Shown here: positions 43,717 to 54,400 of the stretch, piece after piece
How the letters are laid out: each line of letters opens with the position of its first letter
Numbering within the stretch: position 1 is the stretch's first letter
Assembly (NCBI GenBank): GCA_964016885.1
Contig: OZ024741.1
Span: 391,406,001 to 391,470,000, forward strand
Reading direction: 5' to 3'
Length of the DNA: 64,000 bases
From: Eledone cirrhosa
Lineage: Eukaryota
Notes under the pieces: generated by a model
What the model was told of the DNA's origin: nothing
The model's input: the letters and a program-made list of their open reading frames with translations, nothing else
The model's database searches: none
Program-made: the position numbers and the translations under genes

Positions 43717-43958
43717 ATTCTATCGGACGAAAGCGTACTTAAATATTAGTACCCTTGAAATACGTAAAATAAATATGGTTTTATAAAGATATTTTACATT
43801 TATTATCTCTGAAAACATGTGTTGAAACAGATACTGTTATACTTGGTGGGGGGGGGTGCTGCCAATAGAAACATACGCACCTGCTGGTTTTCACTTCAGT
43901 TTATTATAAATATCTGGTTGGTTGGTTGGTTCGATAACCGGATGGTTGTTTATATATT

Positions 43959-44001
43959 GTCAAAGCTCTTTCGTCACACATCCTGTGACCTCCTCAGTGA
44001 C
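43959..44001 (-). ncRNA. Minimal type I hammerhead ribozyme
   Basis: The minus strand reads GTCA-CTGAGGA-g-GTCACA-ggatg-TGTGAC-GAAA-gagc-TT-TGAC: perfect 4-bp stem I, 6-bp stem II, intact core, predicted CUU cleavage site. Confidence 0.8.
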
Positions 44002-44145
44002 TGGGTTTTTATTTTGTACCTCTCATTTGTTCTGTTCTACACCATCTTGTTTTTGTATTGTGTGTTGTGTGTTGTGACAACATACAACACACAAAAACAT
44101 GATGGTGTAGGACAGAACAAATGAAAGACACAAAATAAAAACTCA

Positions 44146-44188
44146 GTCACTGAAGAGGTCAGAGAATGTGTGACGAAAGAGCTTTGAC
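44146..44188 (+). ncRNA. Minimal type I hammerhead ribozyme
   Basis: GTCA-CTGAAGA-g-GTCAGA-gaatg-TGTGAC-GAAA-gagc-TT-TGAC. The core is intact, with one mismatch in stem II. Confidence 0.78.
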
Positions 44189-44310
44189 AATATATAAACA
44201 ACCATCCGGTTATCGAACCAACCAACCAACTAGAAATGTATAATAAATTGAAGTGAAAATCACAGGTGCATGTGTTTTTATTGGAAGCATGACCCTCCCA
44301 AAGTAAAACA

Positions 44311-44348
<38 letters not shown>

Positions 44349-44675
44349 AAGTATATCAATGGAGAAATCGACTTCTATCATGTAAAAAAACATTTATTTC
44401 ATTACAAAGTTGTACATCAAAGTTGTACATCAATTTTTTTTAAATGTTAGGAAACATTTCGCATATGTCAATATATTGGCGTAGATATATAGCCATACTT
44501 GTACAATCCTTCTCTTCGGAGGGATGATACAAGTTTTAAAATGAGTGAGAATGTGCGTGAAATAGCAATTTTACCTTAGGCACTGTGTAGTGGTTAGTTT
44601 GGCTCTTAAATGTAACATACGTATATTGACTCAAATAAACATTATAGGAATAACATTAGAGCTTATAAATTTAAT

Positions 44676-44859
44676 TGTTTCTACTTTTGGCACAAGGCCA
44701 GCAATTTCCCACTACATTACTGGTACTTTATTTTATCGACCCCGTAAGGATGAAAGGCAAAGTTAACCTCGGCGGGACTTGAACTCAGACCGTAAAGAGA
44801 CGTAACTATGCTAGAAAGCATGGCATCCGATCCTCTACCGATACTGCCAATTCACCACC
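44676..44859 (-). mobile_element. Full-length tRNA-derived SINE with a 14-bp target-site duplication
   Basis: A and B boxes and central domain as in 35912-36099. Flanked by the direct repeat cttataaatttaat (44662-44675 and 44860-44873). Confidence 0.88.
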
Positions 44860-44873
44860 CTTATAAATTTAAT

Positions 44874-45054
44874 AATTGTTTCTACTTTTGGCACAAGGCC
44901 AGCAATTATCCCAGTGTATTACTGTTACTTTATTTTATCGACCCCGTAAGGATGAAAGTTAACCTCGGCGGGATTTGAACTCAGAATGGCAAGGGCCATA
45001 ACTCTATGCGTCAAAGCATGGCGTCCGACCCTCTACCGATACTGCCAATCCACC
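44874..45054 (-). mobile_element. tRNA-derived SINE (second subfamily variant)
   Basis: Same body. The tRNA-like head variant (ggcgtccgaccctctaccg, tctatgcgtcaaagc) is shared with the 43566 copy. Confidence 0.87.
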
Positions 45055-45085
45055 AGTGACGAAAAATTTTAACTCAAACTATATA

Positions 45086-47588
45086 CAGTGGGTCCTCGAT
45101 ATACGGTAGTTCTTTATCCGGTAAATTCACCGATACAGTTTTGGGTAATTACTACCATCAATTCTATTTACGGTAAAAAAAATTCACAGAAACGGTTTTT
45201 GGTCGTGTTTTGTTTATATTGTACCGTAGCGCCACCTGTAGTAAGCAATAAATTCCCCTTGAATTCGTGGAAACTGACTGCAATTCGAATTCTAGGAAAA
45301 TTGTGTTACTACAGCTATTGTACTAACTGACCTTACAGAGAAACTGGTCAATCACGAGCGAGTTCAGATATCGGTCGATGACGTCATAACTTTTAACTAA
45401 TCACTTCAGTTCGGTAAACTATCGTGTCCTCTCAGTGAGAGAATTTTTGCCGAACTGAAGTGATCAGTTAAGAGTTATGACGTTATTCAAAGTAAGAGAA
45501 AACCCAACGGCGTGTTTTTGGAGCATAATTATCATGGCATATCTTATAACCCCATATCTCATGGCCCCAAAACGTCCTACGAATATTGTTGATGCAGATG
45601 GAAGGGCCAAACGCACGAGGAAGAGCCTGACTTTGGAGATAAAGCTGGACATTTTGAAAAGGAAGGAACAGGGGCAAGGAACGTCCGCCATAAGTCGTAA
45701 CTTAGGCCTAGCCTAGTCTACAGTCCGGACTGTTTTAAAAAATAGTGAGGCTGTCAAAAAAGCTGGGGAGAATACTACGAATCTACAGAGTAAATTGTTG
45801 ACCAAACATCGTGAGCCGATTATGGATAGGATGGAAAGGTTGCTCAAAATTTGGATAGACGACTAAAATCGTCAAAATATGCCTCTGTCTTTAAATGTAA
45901 TCAGTGAGAAAGCGTTGTCCATTATTGACAGGCTCAAGACTGAAATGGGGTGGAGGACTTTGCATTCAAGGCAAGCAAAGGCTGGTTTGATAAGTTCAAA
46001 CGATGTTCGAGTCTTCACAACATAAAAGTTACAGGTGAGGCTGCCTGTTCCGACAAAGAGTGCTGAAAATTTCAAGGCAGAGTTAGAGAAATGCATTGCA
46101 GAGAAGGGGTACAGAAAAAACAGGTTAATAATTATGATGAAACAGGACTTTATAGGAAAAAGATGACCAGTAATACTTATATTGACAAGGAGGAGAAAAG
46201 TGCGAAGGGGTTCAAAGCCTCAAAGGACCGCGTTACTCTGTTACTTGGAGGGAATGCAGAAGGAGATTTAAAGCTAAAGCCACTCATTATCTACCATTCT
46301 GAAACTCCAAGAGCACTCAAGGGGTTACTTAAGCAATACCTACCAGTGATATGGAAGTCTAATAAGAAGGCATGGCTGATCACTTCAATTCACCAGGATT
46401 TTTTCACCTCATATCTGTCACCAACCCTTAAGGAATATGCATTAGCTAACAACATTGCCAACTGTTTTCTGCTATTAGTGGACAACGCCCCCAGCCACCC
46501 ACGGGCAATGGAAGACTGGTCAGAAAATATTGAGGTTTTGTTTCTCCCCCCAAACACCACATCTCTCATTCAGCCGATGGATCAAACAGTCATCAAAACA
46601 TTTAAGGCATACTACCAGCGGAGAACCATGCAGCAGCTGATAAAGGGCACAGATGGGCCTGACAAGCCCACGATCAGGGAATAGTGGAAATTGTACAACA
46701 TCAAGCATGGCTTAGACAACATCAAGGCATCTTGGGAAGAAGTGAAGCAGCCTACCATGAACTTGGCCTGGAAGATATTATGGCCAGCATGTGTGAATGA
46801 CTTCCAAGGCTTTGCTGAGGACATTGGTGCGATAAAAATAGATATTGTAAATCTCTGCCATAGAGCTGGCTTCGATGGTGTTAATGATAATGATGTGCAA
46901 GACCTTTTGGAAAGCCATGCTGAACCACTCTCCATTGATGAGCTCATAGAACTAGACAAGGCGATACAGGAGACAGAAAAAGAAGAAGAGGAGGAAGAAG
47001 AACCTGTGCGTGGCGTGGACATAAAAACTCTAAGAGAATGTCTCGGGAGTATCGAAACAATCTTAGAAACCCTGAAGGAGCGTGACCCCAACCCTGCTAG
47101 GAGCAGCAAAGTGGCTCAAGACGTCGAGAAAAGCGTCAAGATTTACCAAGAAATGTATGAAGCCAAAAGAAACACCGCCAAACAGTCCTCCATCTACTCT
47201 TTCTTCAAGCCAGTCACACCTGCCAACCGTGCTACAGCTGGCCCTTCAACATCCACTGCAGTCAACGAGTTTGTTGGTTTTGAGCCTCCCACATCACCTT
47301 CATCCTCCCCTGCCAACTCAGCCCAAGATGAGTAAGAGCTGAAACCCATACTGTCCCTTAGCCTCAGGAGGGACAAATGAAGTGGCACATCATCTGATGA
47401 ACTACGCGGCATGTGTAAGGTACAGTAAATAAAAAAAAAACATTATTTCTTTTCTGTAGGGATGACATTTTCGATGTGCTGGAACGCATCCCTATCTATT
47501 TCATGTTACAATGAGTTCTTTATACGGTAATTCGATATAGGGTAAGGGTTTCAGGAACGCATATATACCGTATATCGAGGACTCACTG
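45086..47588 (+). mobile_element. Full-length Tigger/pogo DNA transposon (2503 bp)
   Basis: 23-bp TIRs CAGTG(G/A)GTCCTCGATATACGGTA at 45086-45108 and 47566-47588 with 1 mismatch. TA dinucleotides flank both ends (45084-85, 47589-90). A transposase lies inside. Confidence 0.96.
45561..47335 (+). pseudogene. Tigger-type transposase (HTH_psq/CENP-B HTH + DDE_1, DD32D), inactivated
   Basis: N-terminal HTH MAPKR...RKSLTLEIKLDIL. Catalytic motifs NYDETG, VDNAPSH and QPMDQ, with 32 residues between D2 and D3. Also GFKASKDRVTLLLGGNAEGD and an acidic C-terminus. In-frame stops at ~45714, ~45864 and ~46682, plus frameshifts. Confidence 0.93.
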
Positions 47589-47699
47589 TACTGTACTGAG
47601 AAAATATGGAAGCTGAAATTAGTAATAATGTATCAATCAGTAGGATGATTTCTAATTGTTAAGAATTATTGGCCTAAAAGTTACGACCATTTTTTAAAT

Positions 47700-47990
47700 A
47701 CCGTGTACGGGTGCATACACATATACATATACATACACACATATACACGTGTGTTGGTATATGTGTGCTCATGCACACATCCACATACACACACGTGTAC
47801 AAGTGTGTCCACATATATGTGTTTATGGGTGTGTTTAATGGTAGTTTTTAAACTAGAAAACATTATCCGTCTCTCAGTTTATCCATTACATAGGTATGGG
47901 ATGTACATAAACACACACACACACAGATACATACACATTGGCACACCTATGCACACAGACAAAGAACCATTCCCAAATATATATATATAT
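47700..47990. repeat. Degenerate (CA)/(TA)/(TG) low-complexity tract
   Basis: Read directly. Confidence 0.75.
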
Positions 47991-48079
47991 AAGGAAGCCT
48001 TCCATGGGAAAGAATCACTATGAATAGGTATATTTGAAGAGCAATGATTCTTGCTGCCACTGTTGCTACTGATGTAAAG

Positions 48080-48435
48080 AGGGTGATGTTTGGATTGGAG
48101 AAAGAGATAGATAGGGATGGAGAGAGAGGGGGGAGACAGAGAGCAATCACTCTTATTACAGAAAAGTTAGTGATGTTTGGATTGGAGAAAGAGATAGAGA
48201 GGGATATAGAGATGGAGAGAGAGGGGGGAGAGACAGAGAGGGAGAGAGAGAGGGATGGAGAGAGAGAGGGGGGAGAGAGAAACAGACAGCAACCACTCTT
48301 ATTACAGAAAAGTTGCTGATGTTTGGATTATAGATAGGGATGGAGAGAGGGAGAGAGAGAGGGGGGAGAGACAGAGAGCAATCACTCTTATTAGAGAAAA
48401 GTTAGTGATGTTTGGATTGGAGAAAGAAAACGATT
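48080..48435. repeat. Three to four diverged, longer units related to the 66-70-bp satellite
   Basis: cagagagcaatcactcttattacagaaaagttagtgatgtttggattg aligns without gaps to the satellite cagagagaggtcattgttactatagtaaagttggtaatgtctgggttg. Confidence 0.8.
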
Positions 48436-48439
48436 GAGT

Positions 48440-51400
48440 TAGAGAGCAAGAGGGGGCGTCATTGTTATTATAGTAAAGTTGGTAATGTTTAGGTTGTATA
48501 TAGAGAGAGGGGGACAGAGAGAGGTCATTGTTACTATAGTAAAGTTGGTAATGTCTGGGTTGTATATAGAGAGAGGGGGACAGAGAGAGGTCATTGTTAC
48601 TATAGTAAAGTTGGTAATGTCTGGGTTGTATATAGAGAGAGAGGGGGACAGAGAGAGGTCATTGTTACTATAGTAAAGTTGGTGATGTCTGGGTTGTATA
48701 TAGAGAGAGGGGGACAGAGAGAGGTCATTGTTACTATAGTAAAGTTGGTAATGTCTGGGTTGTATATAGAGAGAGGGGGACAGAGAGAGGTCATTGTTAC
48801 TATAGTAAAGTTGGTAATGTCTGGGTTGTATATATAGAGAAAGAGGGGGACAGAGAGAGGTCATTGTTACTATAGTAAAGTTGGTAATGTCTGGGTTGTA
48901 TATAGAGAAAGGGGGACAGAGAGAGGTAATTGTTACTATAGTAAAGTTGGTAATGTCTGGGTTGTATATAGAGAGAGAGGGACAGAGAGAGGTCATCGTT
49001 ACTATAGTAAAGTTGGTAATGTCTGGGTTGTATATAGAGAGACAGGGACAGAGAGAGGTCATTGTTACTATAGTAAAGTTGGTGGTGTCTGGGTTGTCTA
49101 TAGAGAGAGAGGGGGACAGAGAGAGGTCATTGTTACTATAGTAAAGTTGGTGGTGTCTGGGTTGTATATAGAGAGAGAGGGGGACAGAGAGAGGTCATTG
49201 TTACTATAGTAAAGTTGGTAATGTCTGGGTTGTATATATATAGAGAGAGGGGGACAGAGAGAGGTCATTGTTACTATAGTAAAGTTGGTAATGTCTGGGT
49301 TGTATATATAGAGAGAGGGGGACAGAGAGAGGTCATTGTTACTATAGTAAAGTTGGTGGTGTCTGGGTTGTATATAGAGAGAGAGGGGGACAGAGAGAGG
49401 TCATTGTTACTATAGTAAGTTGGTAATGTCTGGGTTGTATATATATAGAGAGAGAGGGACAGAGAGAGGTCATTGTTACTATAGTAAAGTTGGTAATGTC
49501 TGGGTTGTATATATAGAGAGAGGGGGACAGAGAGAGGTCATTGTTACTATAGTAAAGTTGGTAATGTCTGGGTTGTATATAGAGAGAGAGGGGGACAGAG
49601 AGAGGTCATTGTTACTATAGTAAAGTTGGTAATGTCTGGGTTGTATATATAGAGAGAGAGGTCATTGTTACTATAGTAACGTTGGTAATGTCTGGGTTGT
49701 ATATATAGAGAGAGGGGGACAGAGAGAGGTCATTGTTACTATAGTAAAGTTGGTAATGTCTGGGTTGTATATAGAGAGAGAGGGGGACAGAGAGAGGTCA
49801 TTGTTACTATAGTAAAGTTGGTAATGTCTGGGTTGTATATAGAGAGAGGGGGACAGAGAGAGGTCATTGTTACTATAGTAAAATTGGTAATGTCTGGGTT
49901 GTATATAGAGAGAGAGGGGGACAGAGAGAGGTCATTGTTACTATAGTAAAGTTGGTAATGTCTGGGTTGTATATAGAGAGAGAGGGGGACAGAGAGAGGT
50001 CATTGTTACTATAGTAAAGTTGGTAATGTCTGGGTTGTATATAGAGAGAGGGGGACAGAGAGAGGTCATTGTTACTATAGTAAAATTGGTAATGTCTGGG
50101 TTGTATATAGAGAGAGAGGGGGACAGAGAGAGGTCATTGTTACTATAGTAAAGTTGGTAATGTCTGGGTTGTATATCGAGAGAGAGGGGGACAGAGAGAG
50201 GTCATTGTTACTATAGTAAAGTTGGTAATGTCTGGGTTGTATATATAGAGAGAGGGGGACAGAGAGAGGTCATTGTTACTATAGTAAAGTTGGTAATGTC
50301 TGGGTTGTATATAGAGAGAGGGGGACAGAGAGAGGTCATTGTTACTATAGTAAAGTTGGTAATGTCTGGGTTGTATATAGAGAGAGAGGGGGACAGAGAG
50401 AGGTCATTGTTACTATAGTAAAGTTGGTAATGTCTGGGTTGTATATATAGAGAGAGGGGGACAGAGAGAGGTCATTGTTACTATAGTAAAGTTGGTAATG
50501 TCTGGGTTGTATATAGAGAGAGGGGGACAGAGAGAGGTCATTGTTACTATAGTAAAGTTGGTAATGTCTGGGTTGTATATAGAGAGAGAGGGGGACAGAG
50601 AGAGGTCATTGTTACTATAGTAAAATTGGTAATGTCTGGGTTGTATATAGAGAGAGAGGGGGACAGAGAGAGGTCATTGTTACTATAGTAAAGTTGGTAA
50701 TGTCTGGGTTGTATATATATAGAGAGAGAGGGACAGAGAGAGGTCATTGTTACTATAGTAAAGTTGGTGGTGTCTGGGTTGTATATAGAGAGAGGGGGAC
50801 AGAGAGAGGTCATTGTTACTATAGTAAAATTGGTAATGTCTGGGTTGTATATATAGAGAAAGAGGGGGACAGAGAGAGGTCATTGTTACTATAGTAAAGT
50901 TGGTAATGTCTGGGTTGTATATAGAGGGAGGGGGACAGAGAGAGGTCATTGTTACTATAGTAAAGTTGGTAATGTCTGGGTTGTATGTATAGAGAGAGAG
51001 GGGGACAGAGAGAGGTCATTGTTACTATAGTAAAGTTGGTAATGTCTGGGTTGTATGTATAGAGAGAGAGGGGGACAGAGAGAGGTCATTGTTACTATAG
51101 TAAAGTTGGTAATGCCTGGGTTGTATATAGAGAGAGAGGGGGACAGAGAGAGGTCATTGTTACTATAGTAAAGTTGGTAATGTCTGGGTTGTATGTATAG
51201 AGAGAGAGGGGGACAGAGAGAGGTCATTGTTGTTATAGTAAAGTTGGTAATGTCTGGGTTGTATATAGAGAGACAGGGACAGAGAGAGGTCATTGTTACT
51301 ATAGTAAAGTTGGTGGTGTCTGGGTTGTCTATAGAGAGAGAGGGGGACAGAGAGAGGTCATTGTTACTATAGTAAAGTTCGTAATGTCTGGGTTGTATAT

Positions 51401-54400
51401 ATAGAGAGAGGGGGACAGAGAGAGGTCATTGTTACTATAGTAAAGTTGGTAATGTCTGGGTTGTATATATATACAGAGAGGGGGACAGAGAGAGGTCATT
51501 GTTACTATAGTAAAGTTGGTGGTGTCTGGGTTGTATATATAGAGAGAGAGGGACAGAGAGAGGTCATTGTTACTATAGTAAAGTTGGTAATGTCTGGGTT
51601 GTATATATATAGAGAGAGAGGGGGACAGAGAGAGGTCATTGTTACTATAGTAAAGTTGGTAATGTCTGGGTTGTATATATATAGAGAGAGAGGGACAGAG
51701 AGAGGTCATTGTTACTATAGTAAAGTTGGTGGTGTCTGGGTTGTATATAGAGAGAGGGGGACAGAGAGAGGTCATTGTTACTATAGTAAAATTGGTAATG
51801 TCTGGGTTGTATATATAGAGAAAGAGGGGGACAGAGAGAGGTCATTGTTACTATAGTAAAGTTGGTAATGTCTGGGTTGTATGTAGAGAGAGGGGGACAG
51901 AGAGAGGTCATTGTTACTATAGTAAAGTTGGTAATGTCTGGGTTGTATGTATAGAGAGAGAGGGTGACAGAGAGAGGTCATTGTTACTATAGTAAAGTTG
52001 GTGGTGTCTGGGTTGTATATAGAGAGAGGGGGACAGAGAGAGGTCATTGTTACTATAGTAAAGTTGGTAATGTCTGGGTTGTATATAGAGAGAGAGGGGG
52101 ACAGAGAGAGGTCATTGTTACTATAGTAAAGTTGGTAATGTCTGGGTTGTATATAGAGAGAGAGGGGGACAGAGAGAGGTCATTGTTACTATAGTAAAGT
52201 TGGTAATGTCTGGGTTGTATATATAGAGAGAGGGGGACAGAGAGAGGTCATTGTTACTATAGTAAAGTTGGTAATGTCTGGGTTGCATATAGAGAGAGAG
52301 GGGGACAGAGAGAGGTCATTGTTACTATAGTAAAGTTGGTAATGTCTGGGTTGTATATAGAGAGAGAGGGGGACAGAGAGAGGTCATTGTTACTATAGTA
52401 AAGTTGGTAATGTATGGGTTGTATATATAGAGAGAGAGGGACAGAGAGAGGTCATTGTTACTATAGTAAAGTTGGTAATGTCTGGGTTGTATATATAGAG
52501 AGAGGGGGACAGAGAGAGGTCATTGTTACTATAGTAAAGTTGGTAATGTCTGAGTTGTATATAGAGAGAGGGACAGAGAGAGGTCATTGTTACTATAGTA
52601 AAGTTGGTGGTGTCTGGGTTGTATATAGAGAGAGAGGGGGACAGAGAGCGGTCATTGTTACTATAGTAAAATTGGTAATGTCTGGGTTGTATATATATAT
52701 AGAGAGAGGGGGACAGAGAGAGGTCATTGTTACTATAGTAAAGTTGGTAATGTCTGGGTTGTATATATATAGAGAGAGAGGGACAGAGAGAGGTCATTGT
52801 TACTATAGTAAAGTTGGTGGTGTCTGGGTTGTATATAGAGAGAGGGGGACAGAGAGAGGTCATTGTTACTATAGTAAAATTGGTAATGTCTGGGTTGTAT
52901 ATATAGAGAAAGAGGGGGACAGAGAGAGGTCATTGTTACTATAGTAAAGTTGGTAATGTCTGGGTTGTATATAGAGAAAGGGGGACAGAGAGAGGTCATT
53001 GTTACTATAGTAAAGTTGGTAATGTCTGGGTTGTATGTATAGAGAGAGAGGGGGACAGAGAGAGGTCATTGTTACTATAGTAAAGTTGGTAATGTCTGGG
53101 TTGTATATAGAGAGACAGGGACAGAGAGAGGTCATTGTTACTATAGTAAAGTTGGTGGTGTCTGGGTTGTCTATAGAGAGAGAGGGGGACAGAGAGAGGT
53201 CATTGTTACTATAGTAAAGTTGGTAATGTCTGGGTTGTATATAGAGAGACAGGGACAGAGAGAGGTCATTGTTACTATAGTAAAGTTCGTAATGTCTGGG
53301 TTGTATATATAGAGAGAGGGGGACAGAGAGAGGTCATTGTTACTATAGTATAGTTGGTAATGTCTGGGTTGTATATAGAGAGAGAGGGGGACAGAGAGAG
53401 GTCATTGTTACTATAGTAAAATTGGTGGTGTCTGGGTTGTATATAGAGAGAAGGGGACAGAGAGGGGTCATTGTTACTATAGTAAAATTGGTAATGTCTG
53501 GGTTGTATATATAGAGAAAGAGGGGGACAGAGAGAGGTCATTGTTACTATAGTAAAGTTGGTGGTGTCTGGGTTGTATATAGAGAGAAGGGGACAGAGAG
53601 GGGTCATTGTTACTATAGTAAAATTGGTAATGTCTGGGTTGTATATATAGAGAAAGAGGGGGACAGAGAGAGGTCATTGTTACTATAGTAAAATTGGTAA
53701 TGTCTGGGTTGTATATATAGAGAAAGAGGGGGACAGAGAGAGGTCATTGTTACTATAGTAAAGTTGGTAATGTCTGGGTTGTATATAGAGAGAGGGGGAC
53801 AGAGAGAGGTCATTGTTACTATAGTAAAGTTGGTAATGTCTGGGTTGTATGTATAGAGAGAGAGAGGGACAGAGAGAGGTCATTGTTACTATAGTAAAGT
53901 TGGTAATGTCTGGGTTGTATATAGAGAGACAGGGACAGAGAGAGGTCATTGTTACTATAGTAAAGTTGGTGGTGTCTGGGTTGTCTATAGAGAGAGAGGG
54001 GGACAGAGAGAGGTCATTGTTACTATAGTAAAGTTCGTAATGTCTGGGTTGTATATATAGAGAGAGGGGGACAGAGAGAGGTCATTGTTACTATAGTAAA
54101 GTTGGTGGTGTCTGGGTTGTATATATAGAGAGAGAGGGACAGAGAGAGGTCATTGTTACTATAGTAAAGTTGGTAATGTCTGGGTTGTATATATATAGAT
54201 AGAGAGAGGGACAGAGAGAGGTCATTGTTACTATAGTAAAGTTGGTAATGTCTGGGTTGTATATATATAGAGAGAGAGGGACAGAGAGAGGTCATTGTTA
54301 CTATAGTAAAGTTGGTGGTGTCTGGGTTGTATATAGAGAGAGAGGGGGACAGAGAGAGGTCATTGTTACTATAGTAGAGTTGGTGGTGTCTGGGTTTTAT

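Larger units (their letters stand above)
43831..44314. mobile_element. Fold-back of two PLE pseudo-LTR-like arms (~240 bp each), centred at 44076
   Basis: The arms are reverse complements separated by 1 nt (gttgt-g-acaac). Each arm has a hammerhead. The right arm ends gaccctcccaaagtaaaacaatata, closely like the PLE end at ~39470 (gaccctccccaagtacaacaatata). Confidence 0.8.

Noticed and set aside
44405-44433. 13-bp tandem duplication caaagttgtacat x2
   Set aside because: An ordinary slippage-type duplication with no further structure.
35912-45054. A-box/B-box sequences as tRNA genes
   Set aside because: No full cloverleaf is present. They are the heads of multi-copy SINEs with a core and tail.
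45561-47335. Domesticated TIGD/CENP-B gene
   Set aside because: It has multiple stops and frameshifts and still has TIRs and TA TSDs, so it is a transposon copy.
34300-48520. Common origin of the two satellites because both contain GGACAGA and CTAT
   Set aside because: The match is only 7 bp and the remainder of the units does not align.
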